Source: Macrostomum lignano (lineage: Eukaryota). Taken from it: 64,000 nucleotides of DNA. A program made the translations under genes and the position numbers. The stretch spans positions 1 through 64,000 of the forward strand of contig NIVC01003514.1 in the NCBI GenBank assembly GCA_002269645.1, given 5' to 3'. Positions 40,793 to 53,983 of the stretch are shown here, piece by piece. The notes beneath the pieces are model-generated. The model was not told where the DNA came from. It ran no database searches and saw only the letters and a list, made by a program, of their open reading frames with translations. Each line of letters opens with the position of its first letter. Within the stretch, counting starts at the first letter, position 1.

Positions 40793-41879
40793 CCATAGAC
40801 TAAAACAAAATCGGAGAGTCAAACTGCTGTACGAACGTACTGTAGCTATGGACTTAAATTTTGCTTGGGAAATCTATTGATACGTCATCAAACTGAGTAA
40901 TTCAAGGTCAGATGTAACCAATGCCGGTCAAGACAAGATTACAAGTGTACTCGAAATTTTTGTTTCTATATTGACATGCACCTCAGATACTATTTTGACA
41001 TTTAAAATTGACGGAGTTTACAGAGAACTACTTTTTTCAAATTGCAAAATACTTGTATATAGTCTTGTATATATTTTCTCAGTTCGTTTCCCTTTCTCTC
41101 CAGCCAGGCCGGATTGGGAAAGTTAATAATGCTTAATGCTTTACTCAATATTTGCTTGGTCTTATATCTGTGTACACACCTTAGTGTTTATATGCAAACA
41201 ATACATGGGGAAATGCCTATATGGGGACCTTGCCCCAGCTGCCCCTGCATAATTGATAAATTAAGTGCAGCCCTGAGAACTGAGACAGGAACGAGGGAGA
41301 GAGGGAGGGAGGGGAGATAGGGAAGAGAGTGAGGAGATGGAGTGAGCAGTTTAATACGCGGAAATACTTTATTTTTCACCCAAATTTGCGACTGTCATAT
41401 AGGCAACTTACTCATAGATTCCTTTGCTTTAGCTTCGAGACGCTAAGCTATAAGTGAGTTCGCTCGGCCTCATCTATATGCATTATTATAATTTTAGCTG
41501 AGAGCTGAGACCTGAGTCCGATAGAATTGTTCTACGAACCAATGATTTACAGCCTCTGTCAGTCTACTGATTGACAGTTACCATAGTGGCCAACTGCTTC
41601 TGGCAGCGTGTTTGACCGAACTCGATCGCACTGAAGTGTCCTCCACTTGAAGTTATTGCCATTCCAATCTATATTCTGCATTGCTCTTATTCTCCATTTT
41701 TATCTTCCCATAATATTTTGTCTCCCTATATATCTGAGTACTGTGCTTGCACTGAGCATTACAAAATCAATATATCAGAACTGAGATGGATATCACATAA
41801 AATGACCCAGCTGGTAAAGTAAACAGCTCAGTACAATGTTGATACCAGAAAATTATTTTAACTTGCTACCGAAGCTCTA

Positions 41880-42690
41880 CTGTGACACCGAAGCTCAAAT
41901 TGGATTGCTGTGACACCGAAGCTCAAAGTGGATTGCTGTGACACCGAAGCTCAAAGCGGATTGCTGTGACACCGAAGCTCAAATTGGATTGCTGTGACAC
42001 CGAAGCTCAAAGTGGATTGCTGTGACACCGAAGCTCAAAGGGGATTGCTGTGACACCGAAGCTCAAAGTGGATTGTTGTGACACCGAAGCTCAAAGATGG
42101 TCTACTGTGACACCGAAGCTCAAAGATGGTCTACTGTGACACCGAAGCTCAAAGATGGTCTAACTGTGACACCGAAGCTCAAAGATGGTCTACTGTGACA
42201 CCGAAGCTCAAAGATGGTCTACTGTGACACCGAAGCTCAAAGATGGTCTAACTGTGACACCGAAGCTCAAAGATGGTCTACTGTGACACCGAAGCTCAAA
42301 GATGGTCTACTGTGACACCGAAGCTCAAAGATGGTCTAACTGTGACACCGAAGCTCAAAGAGGGTCTACTGTGACACCGAAGCTCAAAGAGGGTCTACTG
42401 TGACACCGAAGCTCAAAGAGGGTCTACTGTGACACCGAAGCTCAAAGAGGGTCTACTGTGACACCGAAGCTCAAAGAGGGTCTACTGTGACACCGAAGCT
42501 CAAAGTGGATTGCTGTGACACCGAAGCTCAAAGTGGTCTGCTGTGACACCGAAGCTCAAAGTGGATTGCTGTGACACCGAAGCTCAGAGTGGATTGTTGT
42601 GATACCGAAGCTCAAAATGGATTGCTGTGACACCGAAGCTCAGAGTGGATTGTTGTGACACCGAAGCTCAAAGTGGATTGCTGTGACACC
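41880..42690. repeat. 28-30-bp satellite (CTGTGACACCGAAGCTCAAAGTGGATTG)n, array 1
   Basis: About 28 tandem copies in variant blocks. Confidence 0.97.
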
Positions 42691-43364
42691 AAGATTGTAT
42701 GCCTCACGAGTAATTGGGGTTTGCGTTGCTAGTATATCCGCCAGTAAAACTGCATGTTTGAAGCCTGCATGCTTGGAACATTGGCTCTTACCAAAATGTC
42801 AAAATGAAATCAGCTGGCTTTGGGCTGACGAGTTAGTATTGCCTGTAGTCACGCCGCCATACTTTTGTGTTAGTTGAGCTTCCTCTATCGTGCTTAGTCT
42901 GTTTGCTGTCAGTTCTGCTTATTTGATGGATTTTTTACTGGTGAGGGGAGAGGTTGGAGCGCAGGGGAGAGGTTGGGAGCCAATAGGGATCCAACAGTTC
43001 CATTGGCAGAAAATTGCTTCTTTTTGGGCCATGGCCTACGCGAAGCCTAAATTAGCGATAATTGGCAGTCCAAATAATGTAAGGGTTTGATTTGAATCGA
43101 TCTCAGCTTCGAACCAATCAATCAAACTACCATGCAAACTACATGATGGACATGTTTCTATTCAAGGCTGTTTAACTGTCTAAGTGTAAACTTTTGCGAG
43201 GGGTTTTGGCGGAGTGCAATAATAACCACAGCAAAATACGCTGTCCAAAAAACCGAGATCAAAAACGGACGTACGTAGAGGCGAGGAAATCATACGATGC
43301 TGTAGGCTGTAGTACGTCTTTACGCGGACAAAGTGGTCTGCCTTAGTACTGACGAGCAGCTGAC

Positions 43365-43700
43365 GAAGCTTCCGCGCCGTTAGGGCTGTCTTACAGTCCG
43401 AGGCCCTGCCTGACCGCCAGAGGGCGGCGTTGTTCCAGGCAGTGAGGATCGAGACCGTCCTGCTGTACAACGCCGAGACCTGGACGCTGACGGATTCGCT
43501 CGAACAGCAGGTCGATGCGGCGCACGCTGGCCTGCTACGCACTGCCTTCAAGATTGGCTACGAGCACTCTATCACCGCGCCGGCCTGTCCCATCATAGCG
43601 AACTGTTGCATCGTCGGCGACTCCAGCTGGCAGGCCACATCATCCGCGCCGAGTCGTACTGCCCACAGCCGGTGCAGGAGATGCTGCTGCTGACGAGGCG
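43365..43700 (+). mobile_element. Degenerate RTE-clade LINE fragment (C-terminal RT/thumb region)
   Basis: LFQAVRIETVLLYNAETWTL...VDAAH..LLR, then (shifted frame) RRRLQLAGHIIR; RTE-type motifs. Confidence 0.75.
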
Positions 43701-44461
43701 TGCACTCGGCGTTTTGTGGACTGCCTGCTGGCTGCCGTCGCCGCCCGGGCCGTGAAACGCGCCCTGTGATGTAGTCTCATGCTTGAGTGGCTGAAAACGT
43801 ATTTTGTGTCATATTTTGTCATGACAACGTCCAATTTAGATCACACACTTAGCAGTGACATCGTAACCAAAATCGATTGAAAACCTGAACTCTATAATGG
43901 ACTTATTAACATTTTTTTACAAATTTTAAACAAAATTTAGAATACTCGTTGCATGATCGCGACCGTCTTACTAGAGTCGCCATTTTGGCAACAAGGTGAA
44001 GGACTGCATGCACTTCGAAACGCCCTGCAACCTCTGTAAAAATTAGGATTGATTTGTTTTTCCGAATAGCACTTTTGTCAGCGGCCTTCCCAACAACAGC
44101 TCTGGGATAAAAAATATCGGGTTTTTGAGCCACGAAGGAGGGCCAACTCAAGCGCTACACCTGTGTATCTCAAGCAAGCGGCTGTCACGCAACTGAGGAA
44201 AATACTAATCTTCTTTTCGTCCAGGTGATAAATGACAATAAGAGAGCCTCTCTTCTTGGAGCAGATAAAACAACATCAGCCAAGTTTCTGCTGGGCAGAT
44301 TTTGGGTGTTGTTTTTCATCATAAATTACTCAAATGACTATACTGTGAGACTTCACTTGGACCTCGTCACTTTCTCGCTAACGAGCTAGTAAACAAGACA
44401 TGAATTTACGGTACGGCAGGCCTCGCGAAGGATGTGCACAGCAGTAATAAATCATAGTGGA

Positions 44462-44835
44462 GACTGACTGACTGACTGACTGACTGACTGACTGACTGAC
44501 TGACTGACTGACTGACTGACTGACTGACTGACTGACTGACTGACTGACTGACTGACTGACTGACTGACTGACTGACTGACTGACTGACAGACTAACTGAC
44601 TGACTGACTGACTGACTGACTGACTGACTGACTGACTGACTGACTGACTGACTGACTGACTGACTGACTGACTGACTGACTGACTGACTGACTGACTGAC
44701 TGACTGACTGACTGACTGACTGACTGACTGACTCACTGACTGACTCACTGACTGACTCACTGACTGACTGACTGACTGACTGACTGACTGACTCACTGAC
44801 TGACTCACTGACTGACTCACTGACTGACTTACTGA
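44462..44835. repeat. (GACT)n microsatellite
   Basis: Direct. Confidence 0.98.
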
Positions 44836-45560
44836 CTTCCTTAATTTTTTCCTTAACTCTTAATTCGTGGTCTATGGCTAAATGCACTGGCGATTAATGA
44901 ATTATCAATAAAAACTATCAAGTTGATAATCTAATCACACACTACACCAGAAAGAATATAAGTCGATGTTTTTATTTTCAAGTAAAATGTTACGACGGCT
45001 ACTTGCAAATCTACTATTCCTAATCATATCGGGGCATCTTATTATTGGTAAGTATACTGTACAGGTATTTACATGTAATCTCAAAAATGTGTTTTTTTAT
45101 TATCAGCTAACTCAAGGCTGCTGTAGTTTGTCGTTGTTGAAGGCCAAGGAGAAAAACAATTGTTTTTTCAACGACCATCAACCCGCACAGCAACACTGGC
45201 TGCATCCGACACGGAATCTGACCTGTCACAAATGGCCAAGAAATTGGATCCGTTCGCTCTGCTGATGTATCTGCACGCGTCGCAGTCGAGAACAATCCAG
45301 GCCAATAAGCCGCCTTGAGCAGTGCCTGTCTGCGTCTACTTCCCTCGCTCTGCGTGTCAAATTGGCTTCATCAGATGCTGAGAGCTCCTGTCAGTTAATT
45401 CTCGTAACCCCTTGACTTTCGCAGCAATATGACGATGAGACTTATGCTATACGCCTTAATTTCTAAGTAAGGAGTATGATTTATAATTGACTTGTACGTA
45501 TTAAATATAGTCAGATATCTGAGCACATACATGTACATGTCTAGCATGTCTAGCAAACGG

Positions 45561-46586
45561 TTAGTTGTTGTTCAACTCCTTCACAATCTCGTCGATCTCC
45601 TTGCTCTCGGTAAGCAAGTGCTTGAAGGTTGTCGGCTTTGTGGATCCGCGCTTGACTGATTCGTTGGACTGTCGTGACTGCTGCATGAAATGAAGCGGAG
45701 CCTGCAGAGCAACTTTAGTACCGTGAGCAGCCGGCAGGCTCACTCTGAGCTTCTCAATCTCCCTGAGCAATGCGGCGTTGCGCTGATTGGCTGCGCTCAG
45801 CTGCTCCAGAGCGGTCATCTTCTCGAGCTCCTCGATGTCCATTGCTTTCACCAGCTGGCTCAGTGACTCGTCCGTCAGAGGCACCGAGATTGAGCCGGTT
45901 GCCTGCGCCTGAGAACAGTTTTAATTTCAGCTCCAGTGGTCAAGGATCTGTTTGTTTGCTAGTTAGTGCTAGTTTAGGGGCTGGGGGTGGAGGCAGTTCA
46001 GTGATAAACGAATCTGACTCTCGCACTAACGACTCCTGGTTTGATTCCCCGCATTACTTTGGGTTATCAGAGTGTACATGTCTGACGATTAGACAGTCGG
46101 ATGGCCGCTGTACCCTCCTGTGTGAGTTTGTGTATGAATGCGTGCTCAGGAGGCAGCGGAATGGGCAAAGAACTGTTCCTGACGTGTCAAATTGGTAGAG
46201 TTCTGCGAATATTTACATTCGTTTCATAAAGATCGTTTGTAAATCAGTGCCAATTCCGTCTAATACTCGTACTGTAGTGCAATGTACTTAGCAGAAGTGT
46301 TTACCAACGCGACTTGTATTTGAGTATAGCAGTGACTGCGTTAAATAACGGTCATTCTCACCTGTTCCAATTCGATAGAGGAAAAGTAAGCTCGCTCAAC
46401 TGTGCTGAGCTGGGCTGGCCTCCGACAGATGGGGCAGGTGGGGCTTCTCCGCAGCCAGTTGTAGACGCAGTTGTGAAAGACGTGCTTGCAACCGGTCAGA
46501 ATCACACAGTCGGTGGTGCTATCGAATTTTTCACCACAGATTGTGCAGCACAGCTCGTTTCTGCTTTGTAGTCTGGACTGTTGCAT
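45561..46586 (-). CDS. RING + coiled-coil protein, paralog R0 (2 exons: 46586-46362, 45908-45561)
   Basis: CTICGEKF...CKHVFHNCVYNW...CPICR; a phase-0 GTGAGA...TCAG intron joins it to VPLTDESLSQLVKAMDIEELEK, collinear with the intronless paralogs. Confidence 0.82.
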
Positions 46587-47008
46587 GTCTTTGGAATGAA
46601 GTCTAGTTTTGACTCTACATCTAAGCGAATAGCGTTAAGTTCGAGCTGGATTCTTTAGAACTCAATTTAGCTAGAAGTACCTTATAGTTGGCCTCAAACA
46701 GCTGCTATCTGTGACAGTTTCTGTCTCAGGCTAGGGTCAATGTACAGCATTCTTTCATTTAGCTTAGTCTATTGTGCTACATGTACAATAAGGCTTATTT
46801 AGGCTTTTTCAAAGCAACGAAAGAACAACAGTGTTCACGCAAAAAGTCTGACTGCGTTTAACTACGTAAGATGTATTTTAACTCTTTTAACATCCGTATG
46901 AAAGTAAAGTTTCTGGGCTGTTTTCTGTCGTGAGAGTAGCTATAATTTTCAATCATATTCTTGTAAACTGTGCTATGTTTTAACTACCAACTCGGGAGGA
47001 ATTGGGGA

Positions 47009-47225
47009 GGGGTTGTAGCCTTAGCGGTTAGAGCGTCGGACTCATGACTTGAAGGTTGGGGTTCGATTCCCGATCGCACTGAACCAATTTGTGTCCTTAA
47101 GCAGGACACTTACCTCTGCATTGCTTCAGTTCACCCAGCTGTAAAATGGGTGCCAGCATTAGCTGGGGTAGTTGAGGTTGTGTGCGGCGGCCTCCCAGTC
47201 CTTAGACCGAACAGCCATCAGCCCT
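47009..47225 (+). mobile_element. tRNA-derived SINE copy 3 (most complete)
   Basis: tRNA-like head GGTTGTAGCCTTAGCGGTTAGAGCG...CTCATGA...GGTTCGATTCCC followed by a non-tRNA body shared with two other copies. Confidence 0.85.
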
Positions 47226-47889
47226 AAAAGCCAGCCATCTAGGCTAATCAGCATCCCCTTTGAGCTTTAGCATGGAACCCCCCCCCCCTTAAACACATGG
47301 CTTAACTCTAACTCTCCCTTCGATGCTTGACCCACCAGCAACTCCCAATGAACCCTCTGACATCTGCGCGACCCCCATAAGCCTTGATTACTCAACAATT
47401 CTCCACGCGAACCTTGAAAACTTTGTTAACCTTGCTAAAATTCCATGTTTGATTCCGGGAAAATATTTATTTATGTAGATAGACGCACCTCAAATGTTTT
47501 AAAACAATGACTGAATGTAGTTAAATGAAAGTATCTATTACAAACATTATAGCTCGTATTTTCTTGGATCAAAACAAGTATCAGGCAAGCTAGAATTATA
47601 GAAAATTCAGTGGATTTGCATCGAATTTTAATTCACAGATAATTATTTTCGGGTGTAAGAAGGTTGGATTGAAAGTATTATACAACAGATAAAATCAATG
47701 TGACGTTAATCAACGCGTTCTTCTAACTGTGATTTAAAAATTCTTACTTTACCTGGTTACACATATAGTCTTCAAGCAGATGAATGTAGACATAATTCCC
47801 TTATGAAAAATTTATATGAGTTCATCTAGGAAAAAACGCGCAATTGATTTATTTGAAATTCGAAAGTTCAGAAGTTGAAGTAATTTAAC

Positions 47890-48675
47890 TCATTTTTTTG
47901 CTTCCACCACGACCACCAGCTTCTGAGTTGCTTCATACAGTTTTCTCTGCTTTTCCACCGCATTTCGAACGTCTTCCGTATTTATTCTAGCATCAGCGTG
48001 TCTTTTAGCTGCCGTCGCTTTATCTTTCCTTACTTCTTCTAGCCGTTGATTTGCCGAGGCCAACGCTTGCGCATTCATCGAATTCTTAGATCCATTGTAC
48101 TCCTCTAAAACCATGTCATGTATCGCAGACTTGCTTTCAGAGTCTCCCTCGGCGTCCATTTCTTCCTGCTCTGCTAGCACCAAATTTTCTAGCAAACCAT
48201 TCAAACGAGATTTCTGCTCTTTAACCTGGCGGGTTTTTTCATCCAGTGCCTCTGATTTTTTGCTTTCGGACGTGGCAACGCACGAGTCTCTAGGCTTGAC
48301 CTTGTCCAGCTCTTTCATCAGGGCTTTGTTGTTTGAGTTGGCCGCACTCAGCTCCTCAAGCGCAACAGCCTTCTCTTGCTCTTCAATGTCCAGTGCCTTC
48401 ATCAGCTGGCTCAAAAAGTTGTCGGTCAGTGGTAGCGACGTGGAACCTCTGTCTCTGGATTGCTGCAGTTCCACAGCAGAAAAGAAGACCTGCTTAACTG
48501 ACTCGGGCGATGCAGCTTGTCGACACAGCGGACAGGTGCGATTATTTTGGAGCCAATTAGTGACACACTTGTGAAAGACGTGCTTGCAGTTTGGCAGGAT
48601 CACACAGTCGCTGTTGCTGTCGAACTGGTCGCTACAGATAGTGCAGGTGAGGCCATTGTAGTTGCTGGTTGCCAT
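47890..48675 (-). CDS. RING + coiled-coil protein (TRAIP-like N-terminus), paralog R1, 261 aa, single ORF
   Basis: CTICSDQFD...CKHVFHKCVTNW...CPLCRQ...VFF followed by a long heptad-rich region. Confidence 0.85.
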   Translation of the reverse strand: MATSNYNGLTCTICSDQFDSNSDCVILPNCKHVFHKCVTNWLQNNRTCPLCRQAASPESVKQVFFSAVELQQSRDRGSTSLPLTDNFLSQLMKALDIEEQEKAVALEELSAANSNNKALMKELDKVKPRDSCVATSESKKSEALDEKTRQVKEQKSRLNGLLENLVLAEQEEMDAEGDSESKSAIHDMVLEEYNGSKNSMNAQALASANQRLEEVRKDKATAAKRHADARINTEDVRNAVEKQRKLYEATQKLVVVVEAKK

Positions 48676-49314
48676 ATTGATGTCACAGATTTAGCTGAAG
48701 GTTGTACGTGCGTAGCTATGTTTCTTAGCCGAGCAGACATGAAGTCGACATCGAATTTGCGATGCCAAGTTTTTAAGAGGCTGTTGCTGGACAGTTAATT
48801 TTTTTCGGACAATAAACTGCTTACATTTAAGCGTCTTTTGTATTACGGATGAGTTCTGCATCCGCGTCTTGGAAACATATTATTGGACAAGAATATTAGT
48901 AATAGCCCAATTATGCACGAATAAGTACAGAAAACGCTCAATAATTCTTATGCCTTCACCGAGAGATGAGTTTCTGTCCAGTAGACTCTATCACCTCTTG
49001 CTGTTTCGTCAGCATGAGAGTAGACTAAAAAAGAAAGTTCAAGACGAAATTAATAACGTGTTTTTCAGCTACTTGAAGTAGTACGAATGTTTCCAGTGAT
49101 AGCTGAATTTCCTAATAATTAACAAATTTATGTCTTTCTCTGACAAAACTGAGAATTATTTTTCGACGCATAATACCGTGGTACAACACGAATAAAATGG
49201 TCAGTATGCTTTAAGCAATCTGTCTTGGGAGTGCAAAATCTATTATATTAAAATATACACTTAACAATACCTAAAATTACACTCGTTCGTATGTACTACG
49301 ATTATTTTTACAAA

Positions 49315-49566
49315 TCATTGGAAATCGATGGCCTCTATTAAGTGGTCAATAAGGAGCTTGGCCTCGCCCACGATTGGCAGGGAGCCAAAAGCTGACTTCA
49401 GCCAGCTGCGCAGCTCGCAACCACGCAGTCCAGGCAACTGATCTGCTCCACCTGAGCGAAGCTGAGAGAGATCTTTGTCTGATCCTTCTGGAGGTTTTGC
49501 AAACGCCTGCGACACTGCGGACAAGTTTGGCTCTGCTTGAACCACTCCAGAAGTAAGCCAAATCAT
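49315..49566 (-). pseudogene. Degenerate duplicate of the 3' end of the coiled-coil gene at 62350-64000
   Basis: SAFGSLPIVGEAKLLIDHLIEAIDFQ* vs SSFGSLPILPIVGEAEIRTSDHSIDGVNAL*; downstream non-coding sequence is also homologous. Confidence 0.65.
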
Positions 49567-49649
49567 ATCGCCAAAATGACCCAGATGGTATACATGAATA
49601 GCTCAGTACAATTCTGATACCATAAATGTTTATGACTTGAAGTTCAAAT

Positions 49650-51270
49650 TGGATTGCTGTGACACCGAAGCTCAAAGTGGATTGCTGTGAGATGACACAC
49701 AGAAGCTCAAAGTGGATTGTTGTGACAGAGAAGCTCAAAGGGGATTGCTGTGACACCGAAGCTCAAAGGGGATTGCTGTGACACCGACGCTCAAAGCGGA
49801 TTGCTGTGATATGACACACAGGAGCTCAAATTGGATTGCTGTGACACAGAAGCTCAAAGTGGATTGTTGTGACACAGAAGCTCAAAGCGGATTGCTGTGA
49901 TATGACACACAGGAGCTCAAATTGGATTGCTGTGACACCGAAGCTCAAAGTGGATTGCTATGACACCGAAGCTCAAAGGGGATTGATGTGACACCGAAGC
50001 TCAAAGTGGATTGCTGTGACACCGAAGCTCAAAGTCGATTGCTGTGACACCGAAGCTCAAAGGGGATTGATGTGACACCGAAGCTCAAATTGGATTGCTG
50101 TGACACCGAAGCTCAAAGGGGATTGATGTGACACCGAAGCTCAAAGTCGATTGCTGTGACACCGAAGCTCAAAGTGGATTGTTGTGACACAGAAGCTCAA
50201 AGCGGATTGCTGTGATATGACACACAGGAGCTCAAATTGGATTGCTGTGACACCGAAGCTCAAAGTGGATTGCTATGACACCGAAGCTCAAAGGGGATTG
50301 ATGTGACACCGAAGCTCAAAGTGGATTGCTGTGACACCGAAGCTCAAAGTCGATTGCTGTGACACCGAAGCTCAAAGGGGATTGATGTGAAACCGAAGCT
50401 CAAATTGGATTGCTGTGACACCGAAGCTCAAAGTCGATTGCTGTGACACCGAAGCTCAAAGTCGATTGCTGTGACACCGAAGCTCAAAGGGGATTGATGT
50501 GAAACCGAAGCTCAAATTGGATTGCTGTGACACCGAAGCTCAAAGTCGATTGCTGTGACACCGAAGCTCAAAGGGGATTGATGTGACACCGAAGCTCAAA
50601 GTGGATTGCTATGACACCGAAGCTCAAAGGGGATTGATGTGACACCGAAGCTCAAAGTCGATTGCTGCGACACCGAAGCTCAAAGTCGATTGCTGTGACA
50701 CCAAAGCTCAAAGTGGATTGTTGTGACATCGAAGCTCAAAGTCGATTGCTGTGACACCGAAGCTCAAAGGGGATTGATGAGACACCGAAGCTCAAAGTGG
50801 ATTGATGTGACACCGAAGCTCAAAGGGGATTGATGTGACACCGAAGCTCAAAGTCGATTGCTGTGACACCGAAGCTCAAAGTCGATTGCTGTGACACCGA
50901 AGCTCAAAGTGGATTGTTGTGACATCGAAGCTCAAAGTTGATTGCTGTGACACCGAAGCTCAAAGTGGATTGTTGTGACATCGAAGCTCAAAGTTAATTG
51001 CTGTGACACCGAAGCTCAAAGTGGATTGTTGTGACACCGAAGCTCAAAGTCGATTGCTGTGACACCGAAGCTCAAAGTCGATTGCTGTGACACCGAAGCT
51101 CAATGTGGATTGTTGTGACACCGAAGCTCAAAGTCGATTGCTGTGACACCGAAGCTCAATGTCGATTGCTGTGACACCAAAGCTCAAAGGGGATTTCTGT
51201 GACACAAAAGCTCAAAGGGGATTTCTGTGACATGACACACCGAAGCTAAAAGGGGATTTCTTTTGACACC
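49650..51270. repeat. 28-bp satellite (CTGTGACACCGAAGCTCAAAGTGGATTG)n, array 2
   Basis: About 57 copies; same family as 41880-42690. Confidence 0.97.
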
Positions 51271-52463
51271 AAAGTTCCATGTGGAGTGTGACGATGCTGC
51301 CAAAAAAACGTTGCGCTAGGGTATCAAAGTTCCAGCAAGTTCCTGTGAATAAATGGAGCATGCACATGATACGTATTCGGCGCGCACTCACAAAGGGTGT
51401 ACGGACGTCCTGAGTTTCTCATTGTCAGACAGTGTCCACAGTCTTGCATCTTCTATACCGTATATAACTTACTTAGCTCTCTGTCACGGCCTATGTGTCA
51501 GACTAGGGAGCCAGTCGTGTACTCGGCGCTTTAATTAGAGTCAATGTACGGTGCTTGTTTTTCATTTATTCCATTGAATACTATGATACCATAGGGTTAG
51601 GCATTTCAAAGGCAACAAAAATATTGTTCGTACAAAAATGTGCAGAAATTGGATGCGCTTGCTGTGTAGAATACGTAACGATGTATAGATATTATTGCTT
51701 CTATAAAGCATGATGCAACGATGGATGTCATTCATGGATGCAACTCTAACGAGTTAAAGTGCCCGCAATTTCAATCTTCTACTTAAAGATCCGTACGAGT
51801 ATGTCTCTGGGCTGCTTTTTGTGGGGAATCACTTTGCAATAATTATTTGTAAACTTGCGCTAGATTTTAGCCACTTAGGAGCGTATTGTCAGTTAGACAT
51901 GCAGACAACAGCGAAATTTTAACGATAGAGAACATCACATAATTAAGGTCAACGTACTTTCGCTTAACTTCCACGTTCGATTGAAGCACAAAAGACGTAT
52001 TATTTATGAAAATACATGTACTTTTAAAGCGTTGTATAATGTCTGCATGTAGCTAAAACTACAAAAATTAATACCTTGTCAATTACAGAATTTTTGTCAA
52101 AACAAATTTAAATTAGGAATTGTCGAAAATTACACAGATTGTAAAAGAAAAGTCAGTAGATTTGTAATTTAATTTTAAAATGACAAATGATTTTATTGTA
52201 ACGTTTATGATCACTCTTAACCCGCCGTTTTAACAATTCTTACTTTAACTAATCACAAAAAAGCTTGATTCATTTGCAATTCAAAGGTCAGAAGATGCAA
52301 TAGCTACTGGGAATTTAGAGCTAAAAAACGGGCACTTTCTATGTCTTCAATGCGAGGGAAAATCAGCCCCAAATTTGAACAGATTGCGATAGAGAGCATT
52401 CTCCTAGTTTCTATTCTTTGTTGCCATGGCTCAAGAACAGAAATTTAACTCATTTTTTTGCTT

Positions 52464-53171
52464 TCACAAAAGCTCTTCTTCCACTGTCTTTCGAGCCTCT
52501 TCCGTGTTTTTTCTCGCCTCAGCGTGTCTTCTAGCTGCCGTCTCTGCTTCTTTCGTCACTTCTTCTAACAGTTGCGTTGCAGAAGCTAAATCTTGCTCGC
52601 CAACTGAATGCTGAGATCTATTATATTCTTCTAAAACCATGCCAAGTATCTCAAACTTTCCATTAGCGTCTTGCTTGGCGTCCATTTCTTGTTGCTCTGC
52701 AAGCTTCACATTTTGTAGCAAACCATTTAAACGAGATTTCTGCTCTTCAACTTGACTGGTGTTTTCATCCAGCGATGTGGCATCGCTAGGCTTGACCTTG
52801 TCCAGCTCTTTCATCAGAGCTTCATTGTTTGAGTTGGCTGCACTCAGCTCCTCAAGCGCAACAGCCTTCTCTTGCTTTGCAATGTCCAATGCCTTCATCA
52901 GCTGGCTCAAAAAGTTGTCGGTCAGTGGTAGCGACGTGGAACCTCTGTCTCTGGATTGCTGCAGTTCTACAGCGGAAAAGAAGACCTGCTTAACTGACTC
53001 GGGCGATGCAGCTTGTCGACACAGGGGACAGGTGCGATTAGTTTGGAGCCAATTAGTGACACACTTGTGAAAGACGTGCGTGCAGTTGGGCAGGATCACA
53101 CAGTCGCTGTTGCTGTCGAACTGGTCGCTGCAGATAGTGCAGGTGAGGCCATTGTAGTTGCTGGTAGCCAT
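52464..53171 (-). CDS. RING + coiled-coil protein, paralog R2, 235 aa
   Basis: Nearly identical to R1 over the first ~130 aa. Confidence 0.85.
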   Translation of the reverse strand: MATSNYNGLTCTICSDQFDSNSDCVILPNCTHVFHKCVTNWLQTNRTCPLCRQAASPESVKQVFFSAVELQQSRDRGSTSLPLTDNFLSQLMKALDIAKQEKAVALEELSAANSNNEALMKELDKVKPSDATSLDENTSQVEEQKSRLNGLLQNVKLAEQQEMDAKQDANGKFEILGMVLEEYNRSQHSVGEQDLASATQLLEEVTKEAETAARRHAEARKNTEEARKTVEEELL

Positions 53172-53983
53172 GGATATAGTAGCTATGCTTGGTCAAAAAG
53201 AAAATGAAGAACTTTGTTGGCTCAAAGAGACTTTACTCGACCTAGCGATGCAGTTATAAGTTTTTAAGAGGCTCTTGCTGGGCAGTTAAAATTTTTCAGA
53301 CATTACGCAGCTTTTACGAGCGTCTTTAGGTGTTCTTTTACATTCCGGATCTCTGCAATCCGCGTCTAGAATGCATTCTATTGGACAAAATACGAGCAAT
53401 AGCCCAAATATGCACAAAAAGTACAGACGACGCTCCAGAATTTTTTGCATCCGCCAAGAGATGATTTTGTGTCCAGTAGACTCTATCCTATTATTCGCTG
53501 TTTTCTCAGCAAGAAACAAAGCAAAACTGAAAGGTAAAGACGAAATTAATATTGCGTTTTTAAGCTACTTAAAGTATTGCCAGTAGTATTAGCTACTGAG
53601 ACACCGAGTGATACAGAAGCTCAAAATAGACTGCTGTGAAGCTCCAAGTGGAGTGAGATAATATTGCCGAAGGTGTTGCACTAGGGTGTCCAAATTCCAG
53701 CAGGTTCCTTTGAACAAAATGAACAAGCACACGCATACGTACTCGTAGCCATATTCGGCCCGTGCACTCACACAAGGTGTACAGAAGTCCTGAGCTTCTC
53801 ATTGTCAGACAGTGTGCATTTGGATCTTATTTGACGTATATACTGTACCCTATAAATAGCTCTCTGTCAAGGCAGCTTCGTTGCAGACTAGGGAGCCAGT
53901 CGTGTACTCCGCGCTTTAGTTAGCTAATGTCAAATGTACTGCGTCTTTCATTTAGTCTGCTATGATAGCTACTATGCGGTTAA

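Noticed and set aside
47009-47085. Functional tRNA-Met(CAT) gene
   Set aside because: The acceptor and anticodon stems pair poorly, and the head continues into a body shared with two other dispersed copies, so it is a SINE head
41880-51270. 28-bp repeat arrays as CRISPR arrays
   Set aside because: Units are directly adjacent with no unique spacers, there are no cas genes, and the context is eukaryotic
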